Source: Octopus sinensis (lineage: Eukaryota). From it: a stretch of DNA of 64,000 nt. Position numbers and translations under genes: made by a program. Where the stretch lies: contig NC_043000.1 in NCBI RefSeq assembly GCF_006345805.1, forward strand, positions 148,056,001 to 148,120,000, in the 5' to 3' direction. The notes beneath the pieces were generated by a model that saw nothing but the letters and a program-made list of their open reading frames with translations, did no database searches and was not told the DNA's origin. Of the stretch, positions 1 through 11,356 are shown in pieces (the first letter of the stretch is position 1; the number at the start of each line of letters is the position of its first letter).

Positions 1-59
1 AGAAATGGGCACTACTGCCAACTTACTGTGGGAAGCGAGTAGCAAGAGTAAGAACTGGC

Positions 60-400
60 AGGGTGCCTCCAGAAATCAACGAGATGTGGCTGCTGGCAGC
101 CATCTTGATGGTCATGAAAGAAGTCCTGCAAGTACTACAAGTGAGTTGCATGAAACAGCTAAATTGGTGGGGATATGGCCTAGAGGTCATTATTCAGGCT
201 ACCATAAATGATCTCCAAGAAATAACAGCTTCCAGTCGAGCTCCCAGAGGATGTGAGGTAGTGGAGAAAAGACACCCCCCACATGCTATCACTGTGGGGA
301 GAAGGATCACATTAAGGCAGACTGCCCCCTTCTCGATAAGCAAACATGAACAGAGAGAAGGAAGATACAGAGGAGGTAGACACAGACGAAGTGCAAGCAC
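60..400 (+). pseudogene. Degenerate LINE ORF1 (L1/Tx1-like) remnant with CCHC zinc knuckle
   Basis: 281-328 translates TCYHCGEKDHIKADCP (CX2CX4HX4C). It is frameshifted relative to the upstream VPPEINEMWLLAAIL...VVEKRHPP segment. Confidence 0.6.
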
Positions 401-734
401 AAAATAGGAAGAGAGAAGAAATCAAGAATTCCCTGCCCCCTAAGAACTCTAAAAAAAAAAGAAGAGAATAGAGTGACACACAAATGCCTACACCGCAACT
501 AACACACATGAATACACCAAACAGTCCAGAATCCCCAACCAAACATACACCCACATGTACATACAGTCCAGTAACCCCAACAACAGAATATCCACAGGCA
601 CCTACAGACATGTCACGTACATGAAAAAATTCTGTCAGTACAGATTCACTAATCGATTACACACAAACAAGCACAGAAGAATCACAAAAGTTAAAAACAG
701 CATATGTAACACATTACTAGAAAAATGCAGCTAT

Positions 735-1101
735 TGACAAGTAAGCGAACCATCCGATCGTGGCTGTTGCCAGCGCCGCCCCGACTGGCCTCCATGCCGG
801 TGGCACGTAAAAAGCACCATCCGTTCGTGGCCATTGCCAGCCTCGCCTGGCCCCCGTGCCGGCGGCACGTAAAAAGCACCATCCGTCCGTGGCCGTTTGC
901 CAGCTCCGTCTGGAACCTGTGCGGGTGGCACGTAAAAAGCACCCACTTCACTCGCGGAGTGGTTGGCGTTAGGAAGGGCATCCAGCCGTAGAAACACTGC
1001 CAGATCAGACTGGGCCTGGTGCAGCCTTCTGGCTTCACAGACCCCAGTTGAACCGTCCAACCCATGCTAGCATGGAAAGCGGACGCTAAATGATGATGAT
1101 G
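735..1101 (+). mobile_element. RTE LINE 3' UTR fragment (5'-truncated)
   Basis: Same sequence as the 3' UTR of the RTE at 36220-38785: GGCACGTAAAAAGCACC units, GGTTGGCGTTAGGAAGGGCATCCAGC and a (GAT)n tail. Confidence 0.85.
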
Positions 1102-1369
1102 AGAAAATAGAGAAGATGAAGACAGTTATTAGAATCAGAGAGGAAGAAAACATTAAAGTCTCAGGTATGGAATGTATTCTAATTGATAGAAAAATCATAA
1201 AAAAATTAAAAGCCAACTTTGGTGATGAAATATACCCATTAGGGATAGAAATAAAATATTGTGAACATTTGCCACTGCAATAGTACAGCTTCAAGAGAAG
1301 TAAGAGGAACAACTACAGGAGTTGCAAAAACAAATACAACAACAACTGAGTTATAGTCAGTGAAGTCTG

Positions 1370-2531
1370 AAAATCCAGCAAGCTCATTTATGCCAAATGG
1401 CGTGGCTAATACAATTTCTGAATTTACGTGTAACCTGGAGGAGGGTATTATGTTTCTCGTGTATTATAGAAGATACGAGGAAATTTTTAACGAGTGCAAG
1501 TCATGGTTGGAGGAGTAGAAAGAAAGGTTTTTACTTTGCATGGTAGCTCCTGTCGAACATGAGCATTACTGTAACTTTATTTAAAGCAAACAGAAAAGTA
1601 CTTTCACGGCAATTGAAATCGCAAATGAAAAGTTCGACTGACTTGAAAAGAGTGGACTCATAAAAAAGGTGAATTATTCAAAGTGGGTGGCACCCATTGT
1701 ATATGTTAAAAAAACAATCTTTTGATTAGGTTGTGTGCTGATTTCTCTACAGGATTGAATGACTGCTTGAAAACATACTACCATCCACTCTCAACTGCAG
1801 AGGACATTTTTTTCAAAGTTAAATGGTGGGAAAAGTTTTTCCAAATTAGATCTGTATGAAGCCTATTTACAGATAAAAGTAAATGAAAGATTCTTAAAGT
1901 ATTTGGCAATAAATACACACAGAGGATTGCACAGATACACACGATTACCTTTTGGATTAAGAGTTACACCAGCAATATCCCAGCAAATCATCGATACTAT
2001 CTTATCTGATTGTGAATTTGCAATCCTGTTCTTTGACGCTATTTCGATCAAGAGTAATTCTTGTGAACAGCATGTGGAACACACAAAAGCTGTGTTCAAG
2101 AAAATTAAAGATTTTGGGTTCACTTTGGGAGAAGAAAAATGTGAATTCTTTCTACCCCAAATTAAGTACTTAAGGCAAATAATTGATAGAGGTGGTAGAT
2201 GTCCTGACCCATCAAGGGCAGATACAATAACGATTATGCCTTCACCGACAAATATTCCAACTTTACAAGCATTTCTTGGGTTGGCAAACTACTACCAAAA
2301 CTACAGTCCTAATATACACAAGTTAAGAACTCCATGACTTATTAAAAAAGAAAGTAAAGTAGAATTGGTCAGTTAAATGTCAGAACACTTGTAGTGTCTG
2401 ATGCTTCCGAGCACAGATTAGGTGCAGTTCTACTTCATAAACAAGAAGATGGAAGTACAAGACCAGTGGTTCATGTTTCATGCTTGCTAATAACAGCAGA
2501 GAAGAGATATTGTCAAATTGAAAAGGAGGCC
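1370..2531 (+). mobile_element. Ty3/gypsy LTR retrotransposon fragment (gag remnant, RT, RNase H), decayed
   Basis: Motifs WVAPIVYVKK, RLCADFSTGLN, FSKLDL, AINTHRGLHRYTRLPFG, EKCEF, LQAFLGLANYY, SDASEHRLGAVL and EKRYCQIEKEA. There are stops and frameshifts, and the YxDD motif is mutated. Confidence 0.9.
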
Positions 2532-4740
2532 TTCACGGATTTCCTCACCGGTCTATTGTGCCTCTTGGGGAGGGTGGTTAGGTGCTGTGAAGAGCCGATC
2601 ACAGTTGTAGAAGTGGAGGAGGCATTGTTGGAGTGTAGTGGGGCAGGTTGCAATGGTCTCCCCTATGAATTGCATTATACTATACCAGACTTGTTTGGGC
2701 ACCTGCTGGCCTGTGTCTTCAATAACTGGCAGGAGAATGAGAGTATTCTTGCATCTGTGAGCCAGGGAGTGGTGGTACTGATCAGAATGGACCCAAACAA
2801 GTGGAACGTAATTGACAACTTTACGCCTATCACTCTACTTAACACAGAGTTGAAGATTCTGGCCAAGGTTTTAGCAAAAAGGTTGGCAAAATTTGTGGAT
2901 GGTATCATTGGGCAGATACAAACCTATGCCATCCCTGATAGGGCCATACACAATATTCTCCACCTTATACGCTATACCTTAGAAGGGGTAAATAGGATTC
3001 CTGGCAAAGGTGGGGAGTTGGTCCATTTAGACCAATCCAAAGCCTTTGATAGAGCAGACCATCTGTATTTCGTGGTGGTCCTTGAAGCAGCTGGTTTTGG
3101 TCTGACATTCCATGGCTGGATCAATGCTTTAGGTAGCAACATCAAGTCAGTAGTTCAGGTGAATAGTTCTTTTTGGAGCCATTCAATATTGAATGCTCAG
3201 TTTGTCAAGATTGTCCACTCTTGCCCCTGTTGTATGAATTGGCTCTTGAGCCACTACTGCAAAGATTGGAGTCGATGAGTGAAGACCCACAAGATCTAGG
3301 GTATGGGAAGTCAGTCACAGCATATGCATACGATGTCACTCTCATATCCAGGGACCAGGACCTACAGAGTGTAGGTGAGGCCCTAAAGAATTATTAAGCA
3401 GTGGCAGGAACAAGAATTAACCGGGATAAGTTGGTTGGCTTGCAGCTCGGCTCCTGGAGAGGCAAGTCGATGCTCTCCAACAGCATCATCAGACACTGGA
3501 CAGACAGTCCGGTGAAAATGCTTGGAGTCTGATTTGGTCCAGACCTCCAGATAGAGAAGAGTTGGAGTGAGGTTAGGGGCAGGGTGGTGTCTATAACTGA
3601 GACCTGGTCTAGGCGGAGGCTATCTCTGAAAGGGAGGGCAGAGGTGGCAAATGCATTTATTGCATCTGTCATTACCTACCACCTAACCATCTTACCATGC
3701 CCCAATTTATGCTCATTCACTTCTTGTGGAAAGGAAGGCGGCCCCTTGTAAGGCACTCTATCTGCTGCCAACAGCCACTAAAGGGTGGGTTAGGGATGCC
3801 ATGGCTAAAGATGCATAGGCATGTGCTGAGGTTGAAGCAAATCTGGCTCTACCTGGATGGTGAGTGGGTGTGGTATCATTTGTTGATGAAATATTTCCCA
3901 GGTTCACCTCTTTTAGTGAACTGGAATGCTGGATAGCCATAGACCAAGACTGGGAGCTTGGCAAGCAGTGTCAACAGACACTCATTCAGGAGAGAAGCGG
4001 GCTAGTAGAGGGCAAGTGTGATGATGGCCTGGGGGAGACTCTGGGTTTCGATGAAAGTCAGCTTGCCAACCTTCATCGAAGGACTTTTGGCCTGGGACCT
4101 ATGGACAACTTCCAGAGGTACTTGGCTTGGCTGTGCTTCCGAAGTGCCTTGCCAGTTTGGAATAAATTCGCGAGGCATGGCCACATGGGTTCGCCTATAT
4201 GCCCACATTGTGGGCAGAGTAATGAAACTGTTCTGCATGCAATCGTACAGTGTCCAAGTCTCGGACCTGTGGGTTTCTACTGAACGGGTACTGTCACAGC
4301 TAGGGAGAGTACAGCTGTCAGCTGAGTCGATTATTAAGATTGTTCTGCCATCTCCTCTAAAAGGAGAAGAGAAATTCTGCTTTCTAGCCATAATAGCTAT
4401 AGCGAAAGAGGTGAACCTCTTTTTATATCACCTAAGAGGGAAAGCACATCTGGAGAAGAAATGCCTGACAATAAAAATGTACGAAAAATGATGGAAGAAA
4501 GTAGCCTGAATATTGGGTATGTAAGTGCCTAATTAAGCAGAGTAAAAAAAAAAAAAAAGTAAACAGTTCAATGCAGGAATGTAATTGGTGGGGGTTAAAC
4601 CCATACCATTTCCATTCATTCTTTCATCTTCATCTGAAGATGTATTTATTCATATGTGTAATCTCATTTGATAAGCTCCCGACCCCTATTTGTCTCGTGT
4701 ATAGTCCCCTCTTTGTTTAACCCTTGTGGTTTGAATAAAA
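2532..4740 (+). mobile_element. L1/Tx1-clade LINE ORF2 (RT plus C-terminal zinc finger) and 3' UTR, decayed
   Basis: Motifs NFTPITLLNTELKILAKVLAKRL, LDQSKAFDR, AYAYDV (YADD), FLWKGRRP, GGLGMP and CPHCGQSNETVLHAIVQCP. Several frameshifts; AATAAA near 4735. Confidence 0.9.
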
Positions 4741-4841
4741 TTGTTGTGCTAGTTCCACAGTTTGTGTGTTGAAAGTTCAAAGTTTACAGTTCGAGTTAGC
4801 GTGTTGGATTATTGGTTCTTAAAAGATCACTGTTATATTCG

Positions 4842-4997
4842 TCACTTAGCGGTTCGGCAAAAGAGACCGATAGAATAAGTACGGGGCTTCCAAAGAATAA
4901 GTCCCAGGGTCAATTTGCTCGACTAAAGGCGGTGCTCCAGCATGGCCGCAGTCAAATGACTGAAACAAGTAAAAGAGTATAAAAGAGTAAAGAGTAT
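4842..4997 (+). mobile_element. SINE family A, 3' part
   Basis: GTCACTTAGCGGTTCGGCAAAAGAGACCGATAG...CAAGTAAAAGAG, matching the full-length copies. Confidence 0.85.
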
Positions 4998-5244
4998 GGT
5001 TATTGCCATTAGTTTTCATTATATTGTTATTATGTTGTTGGAGTGTATTCATTTATCCATAAGGATATAACAGATCTTGTCAAACCGTCCAACCAATTCC
5101 AGCATGAAGCAGGGACATTAAATGATGATGAATTTCAGAAGCAATCTTAATATTGATTTCAAGTTTCGGTGGAGGGGATAAGTTGATTACATGACCTCAA
5201 TGCAACTGGTACTTATTTTATGGACTCCAAAAGAAGGAAAAGCA

Positions 5245-5791
5245 AATTATGTACAGGTGATTGTGGAAAAGTTTGCATATATATATAGTGGTCGCATACT
5301 GTCAACTCAATGTGACAGTCCTGTAAGGGAATTACACCACCACCATTTAGCCTTAGGAAACATCAACGTCTCCTGTCGGCTTTGACACATTTTCTGCCTC
5401 CTTATATTTGCAAAGGGGAGGCAAACACCCCCGCAAGCTGGGAAAAGGCACCTGAAGACATATGTTTCTGAGTGTATTGCTCATCGTCAGTTCAGGGTAG
5501 CTTGCCTCGCTCGCTGAGATGACTGCAACCTCTCTGCAAATATATCATATATTCAGTAAAATTTATTTACTGATCACCGAAATTAGAAATATTGAATTTC
5601 TAAATGTCTCAGAGATGGTGGAGCAAATGTGTCAAAATGTGTCAAAGCTGATAGATGTCGATGTTTCCTAGGGCTAAACAGCGGTGATGTAATTCTCTTA
5701 TGGGACTGTCACATTGAGTTGACAGTATACGACCACTATATATATATATATATATATGTGCAAACTTTTCCACAATCACCTGTACATAATT
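5245..5791. mobile_element. Non-coding element with ~150-bp inverted arms enclosing a hammerhead motif
   Basis: 5245-5392 is the imperfect reverse complement of 5633-5791. The ORF track shows near-identical peptides on opposite strands (5191+ and 5642-). Confidence 0.8.
5451..5496 (-). ncRNA. Type I hammerhead ribozyme motif
   Basis: Minus strand reads CCUGAA CUGACGA UGAG-CAAUACA-CUCA GAAA C-AUAU-G UC UUCAGG: full core, 6-bp stem I, 4-bp stem II, palindromic stem III and a GUC site. Confidence 0.85.
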
Positions 5792-6819
5792 AAACAAACA
5801 CATACAAGCTTCTGATACATTTATAAAAGAAGCCTCCATGTCAATAATAGAGGATTAGCAACAAAAAGTTAATTAAATCAAAATTAATACAACTAGCAAA
5901 GTTCAAATGTGAACTATCTATAGTTAAATAGTGGTAACACATTTCCCAAATAATACATTCGAAATTTAAAGGAAATTCTTCATTAAATGTAGCTTTTGAA
6001 GAGTTCTTCATTTGTTTCTTACATTGTTTTTATGTTCCCCTTTCTAATTACAATAGCAGCAATAACAGTGGCCAACATGGTTGTATTGATGACAATAACA
6101 ATTATGACATAGGCAACAAATATTAATTGACTTTAAATAAAGAAAATTAACCTGATGTTCTTTTGACCAACAAACATTGTTCTTTTTGTGTTAGGTTTTC
6201 ATTTGTTTTTGTTTTTTCTACTAGTAGGAAAAACAAAAAACTGTCTAAAATTTATTTCTTACTTAGGTACAAGACTAATTGTTCAAGGAGATCAAAGTTA
6301 ATTACATCAATCTCAGTATTTTAGTAATATTAATTATAATAACATCAAAGTAATGATAGTTAAGGTCAGGTCTGGTAGGCTTTTAAATCATTTAGTTTGA
6401 TGCTCTGCTATCTCAGTTGTCTAAATTATCCTTAATTATAATATTAAATGTATTGGCTGATTGACAGTAACTAATAATTTAACTTGAGCAGGAAGTAATT
6501 TCTCAAGAAATATGTCCTGTGTGAGATATATTGTTTTGTCCAAATGCTTCAGGTAGATGTTGGGTCAATGTATTTTGTTTTAAGCATTTATAGATTTTTT
6601 TTTACATCTATTAGTTACTGGGGCAAGCATTTTACTGTTCATTACTGCCTGAAGAATGTTTTGTTGGTTTGCTCTTTTGGTCTTAAATCTTCCCTTTGTG
6701 ACCTAGAGGAAGCAACAGAAGTCACATTTGAATAAAATACTGTTAGTCAAAAGATTGACAGTTTGTATGTGTCACTAGTATTACACTGTGAATAAATACC
6801 ATGCAAAACTGCAGTTTAT

Positions 6820-7240
6820 TATTATTTATTACACACATGTGAGTGAGAACACTTTGAGATATTTTTGGTATCTAACATATGTCAGATACTGCGAGCGCTG
6901 CTTCTGATTGGTCAATCCATGGTGATGACCCGAGGTCATGGTGACAGCGCTGCTTCTGATTGGTCAATTCATGGTGATGACCCGAGGTCATGGTGACGGC
7001 ACTACTTTTGTCATTCATAAGTTACAACTAAACGTGAAGAATTTAGTTATTGGGTTAATGAAATATGGTCGTTTATTCGTGTGTAATAAATAAAATACCA
7101 AACTCATTCCCTATGGATACCGTATTTATTACAACTCGTGGCTTGTAAACGTATCTAACTCGCTTTCGCTCGTTAGATACGTTTACAAGCCACTCGTTGT
7201 AATACGGTATCCATAGGGAACTCGTTTGGTATTCTCTCTA
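6820..7240. mobile_element. Non-autonomous palindromic DNA element (Crypton-like, tentative)
   Basis: Inverted pair TATTTATTACACAC/GTGTGTAATAAATA, an internal ~52-bp tandem duplication containing CTGATTGG, then a 140-bp hairpin at 7094-7233. Confidence 0.55.
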
Positions 7241-7299
7241 TATTCCTAGTAATTTTTGAAAAGACATGAACATCATCTCATCTTATTTCTCAGTCACTT

Positions 7300-7640
7300 T
7301 TTATGGGTTTGATCTGCAGGAAAGTGTTGTGTTTATGGCCTCAACAGGCTTTTTGAAACTGGTTAGATTAGTGTGAGTGCTGACAAAATATCAGCTGAGA
7401 GAGAATTCCAAAGGTTTATATTTCTGAGAAAAAAGGACTTGGCTAAGTGGTTAGTGAAGGGTCTGAGTGGATATACATAATATGGAGCTTGAGAAGAGGA
7501 AAAACGAATGAGCTGGGTCAATCTAGGTGAAGGTGGAATGAGACCAGCCAGTTCCAAATAGCAAAGGCTGTTGTAGTAGCTGTAGAAGAGGCAGAATGGG
7601 GATACAGCACATTTGAGGCATTTAGTAATAGACCGTCGTA
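7300..7640 (-). mobile_element. CR1-group LINE 3' ORF2 remnant
   Basis: CLFYSYYNSLCYLELAGLIPP...KSFFLRNINLWNSL resembles the CR1-group C-terminus (SFFxRxxxLWNxLP). Confidence 0.65.
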
Positions 7641-8974
7641 AGTGCCACAACTTAAAAACTGAGAAAAATGCAGTCAAAGTCTCGCGACTTTCAGAATGTG
7701 ATATCTTGGCAAAGAATGAAGTTAGGAAGCTGGTTTTGGTCTTAAAATGACCATGAAGACCCCCTCTAATCATTCTACCTATGTAAAATTATTTATGTAT
7801 GCATTTGAAAGATGAAACAATGACTGCATCTTTCTCATTTTGTAGAATATACCAGTATTATGAAATGGAGTATTGCATTGCATATTTTTACCATAATACC
7901 TAGAAAAAACATACAGAGACCCCACAAAGGTATAGTTTGTGTTTTAATATACCAAGGTAAGTATCTCTAAGAGGTCAGTAAGACAAGATAGTAAGTTAAT
8001 AGCCCATTACTGTTACAATGGTAACATGGAGTATTAGAAAATGAGCCATGACATCTTGAAAAATGATACAGGGACCACATCAAAGTTATTGAGCATGTGT
8101 GCTTATGATGGTATGTTACTAAACTCTCTGGTCTGAGTTTGGGTGAGTGAGCATCGTGTCAGTAGTATCGAGGTACAAATTTTTGACCTTATTGCAAGCC
8201 TCACCAGTTCTTCCAACCAACTTTTTTTGATTCTTGACATTGAGACAAAGAAAATTATATACTAACCTCGAAAATGGCCAGGGTGATGCTTACGACACTC
8301 TGTTACTAAACACCTCATTTGTCGGCTTGAAGTTAGAGAATTTGACTTTGTGCTACTCAATTGGGTGGTCTTTTTGCCTGTGATCAAAGATGTCTATATA
8401 TGTAGTTGTAGTATTGTCTTAAATATGGGAGTAGTATTTTGCTGTGGATCTCATTCCAGCTTTGTATAAGGTTGGAAGCTAAAAAGAAACCCAGTCTTAG
8501 TAATATGGCCTTTGCAGTGTTGAACATTTATGAGAATTAGGAATTTTTGTTATGCATTCAATAAGGTTGGGCTGTTTCTTTATTATTGTAGTTTTGCTTT
8601 GGAATACAGGTGCTTCCTTCAGATCACCTGTATCTTCCAGTCATTAGTGCTATTTAGAAGTCTGGGTTTGGGCTTACTCTTGCCTATACTCACATATTGC
8701 TTGTTCTCACTTTCCCTGTGGAAAACAGCTTCATGCAGTTTGGTTTTGATTCTCATTGTATTAATGCGGCTGCATTGCTCGGAATGGAGTCACCTTTGTA
8801 CACTGAACTTAAGAGAAAGTATAGCTTGACTGGCTTCATTCTCCACAACATACTCCGATAACTTTTTTTGTTGTTTTTCATTTGGACTATGTTTATTTGT
8901 TTCCTAATCCTACTGTTTTTTACTTTTATTCTTCATCTTCAATCTGATGAATTTCTGTGGTCATGATCTCTTAC

Positions 8975-9252
8975 CCTGTTATTCGGCTGCGAAGTCACTC
9001 CGAAAAGCTCTATCTGCGACGATTTCATCTCAATCGAAGGAGAGGGACTTTCTCCGTCCTGGTTGCGGATCCGTGGAATAAGCTGCCGGACGAGATAATG
9101 AAGATGCCAACGACCGCTCAGTTCAAAGTCTCCCTTGACCACAAGTGGCCTGAACTCTTTACATGAACACCACCCTGTACATAACTCCATGTCCCCCTAC
9201 ATGGCCTTGCTTTTTGCTTTTTGAGCCAAAAAATTAACTAACTAACTAACTA
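8975..9252 (+). mobile_element. CR1 LINE 3' end with (TAAC)n tail
   Basis: RLRSHSEKL...RRGTFSVLVADPWNKLPDEI...FKVSLD followed by a stop, a short UTR and AACT repeats. Confidence 0.8.
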
Positions 9253-9896
9253 GTGAGATTTCCAATCCAAGTCTAGCTTGTGTTTTTTGCAGTTCTAGTC
9301 ACTATTTTCATTTTGAGCTCTTCTACCTTAATTGTTTTCCCTTCCCTCAGTTTCCTTCCTTTTAGCATGTTAGTCTGGGTTATCCAACAGTGGGGGTCTA
9401 CAGGATCTTGCAACATTCTTTAATGGTGGACTTTTACTATTTGAAATTAATTCTGCCACTGAAACTTCACAGTAACACTATATGTGAAACATGGCAAGAG
9501 ACCAAGCCAATTTCTTTGGAATTGTCTGACAGACTTTTCTCTCAACCATTGTCAGTAGTATCTCATTCATTTGGTGTGGTTATAAGAATTTTGGCAAAGG
9601 GCCATGCTCATAATAGCATACCCTAAATTTCCATGCCAAACTACAGTTATCATGGTCAGCCCCTGTCTTCTAACCTGACCATCACTTCAATACTTGGCAT
9701 CATTTAAGGGGACTGCATAGAGACAAACAAGACTCCTACATACATGCACATATATGTGTGCATGTTAAGATATGTTTAAAAGCAGTTTACATTGGATGTG
9801 AGAGTTTTTTCAATTTTTATTTATTTATATTTTCTTCAACATAATCCTCTAACAACCAAACTTGGTAAAATTTTTATGTTAAAGCCTTGCTATTAA

Positions 9897-10117
9897 CCAT
9901 TTTGATACCAATCCACCCGAAACCACTTCTGGCTCTGTAGTACAAATGTCAGAAGTGCTGAATTAAAATCTTCCACCAAACCTTAGTCCCAGATTATGTT
10001 CCTAACCCTAGCTTATTGATAACTAAGTTATTTACTAAATTGTTTGTTATATTTAAAATTAATTGAAAAAAAAACAAAAACACAGAGCATCTCAACAGAA
10101 ATATGTTAACAAAAGGG
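9897..10117. mobile_element. piggyBac-type MITE, family 1 (right part duplicated to ~10309)
   Basis: TTAA-CC...GGG-TTAA ends; homologous to 42799-43018. Confidence 0.75.
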
Positions 10118-11356
10118 TTAAATATACCTGGATTCAACTCCACCAAACCTTAGTCCCAGATTATGCTCCTAACCCTAGCTTATTGATAACCAAGTTATTT
10201 ACTGAATTGTTTGTGATATTTAAAATTAATTGAAAAAAAAAAAAAACAGAGCATCTCAACAGAAATATGTTAACAAAAGGGTTAAATATACCTGGATTCA
10301 ACTCCACCACTGTGAGACGGAGAGAGAGAAGGTGGAAGGAGGACAGGTGAGAGATAATGCTTGTCAACCTGAAAATCACATTTTCAAATCTTTTGTCTGT
10401 ATTTTCATCACCCTTGATGAAACCAAGGTCATATATCCTTCCATACAGCTAGAAATTTATTCTTTACAACGAGGCTAAATACTTTTTTGTCTACTAAATT
10501 CATTGTAAAAATCTGTTTCTTCATTTCCACCCCCTTTCCATCCTCCATTTCAGTTCTGCTACTAAGCTTTGCTTTCAGTTTGCTTCAATTTTTAGAACAG
10601 TGCTTTCCATTCATTTGCCACCAACTTTTGTTCGCCCAGATCCTTCCTATTCATTCACTCTTCATTCATTGATTTTTCTTCTATTGTCTATACGATTTCA
10701 TCTTGTTTGTCTTGCTCTGATATTTATTGTCCTCTTCTTATCTTGTTTTCCTTCGTTTACCCTGGTACCAACCTCCCTCGCATACATGCTATTCTATTTC
10801 ATGTTTGCACACCTATCCTATTTTTTTCTTGTACAGTAATTGCTTTGTTCATTTTAACTATTAAAGTCATATAATTTAGTGTATAACATTATACAAACCT
10901 ATTCACCATAACCTGATAGTACTTTTTTACTTTGTGACACAATAATTTTCTTGTTGTTGTAACTAATTCTACCATACATGCACCTATACTGGGTCAGACA
11001 GACACTTGTTTTGTAATTGTCCAAATAGCCTACTTTCTACTAGTTACCTAAATTTTCATTATTTAGAAATTTGAGTCTCTTAGTATAGCTTATTTTGTAC
11101 TTAAAACATTAGATTTAACAGGAACCGATTAAACTAGTAATTAACTTTCTGTTTAATACAACTTAGAACAGTTTTTAGTGATTTTTCATGTGCTGTATAT
11201 CAGATGATGTAACACAGAGACTAGTGTCGAGGCATTCTGCTGGTGTAGATTAATCCAATCAATACCTGCATAGAGAACTGAAACCTTGAAGTCACTGTCC
11301 ATATTTTTCCTAGAAAAGTTAATGAATATAATATATATATATATATATTATATATA

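Noticed and set aside
7900-8900. Possible very old LINE remnant on the minus strand
   Set aside because: No motif could be read with confidence.
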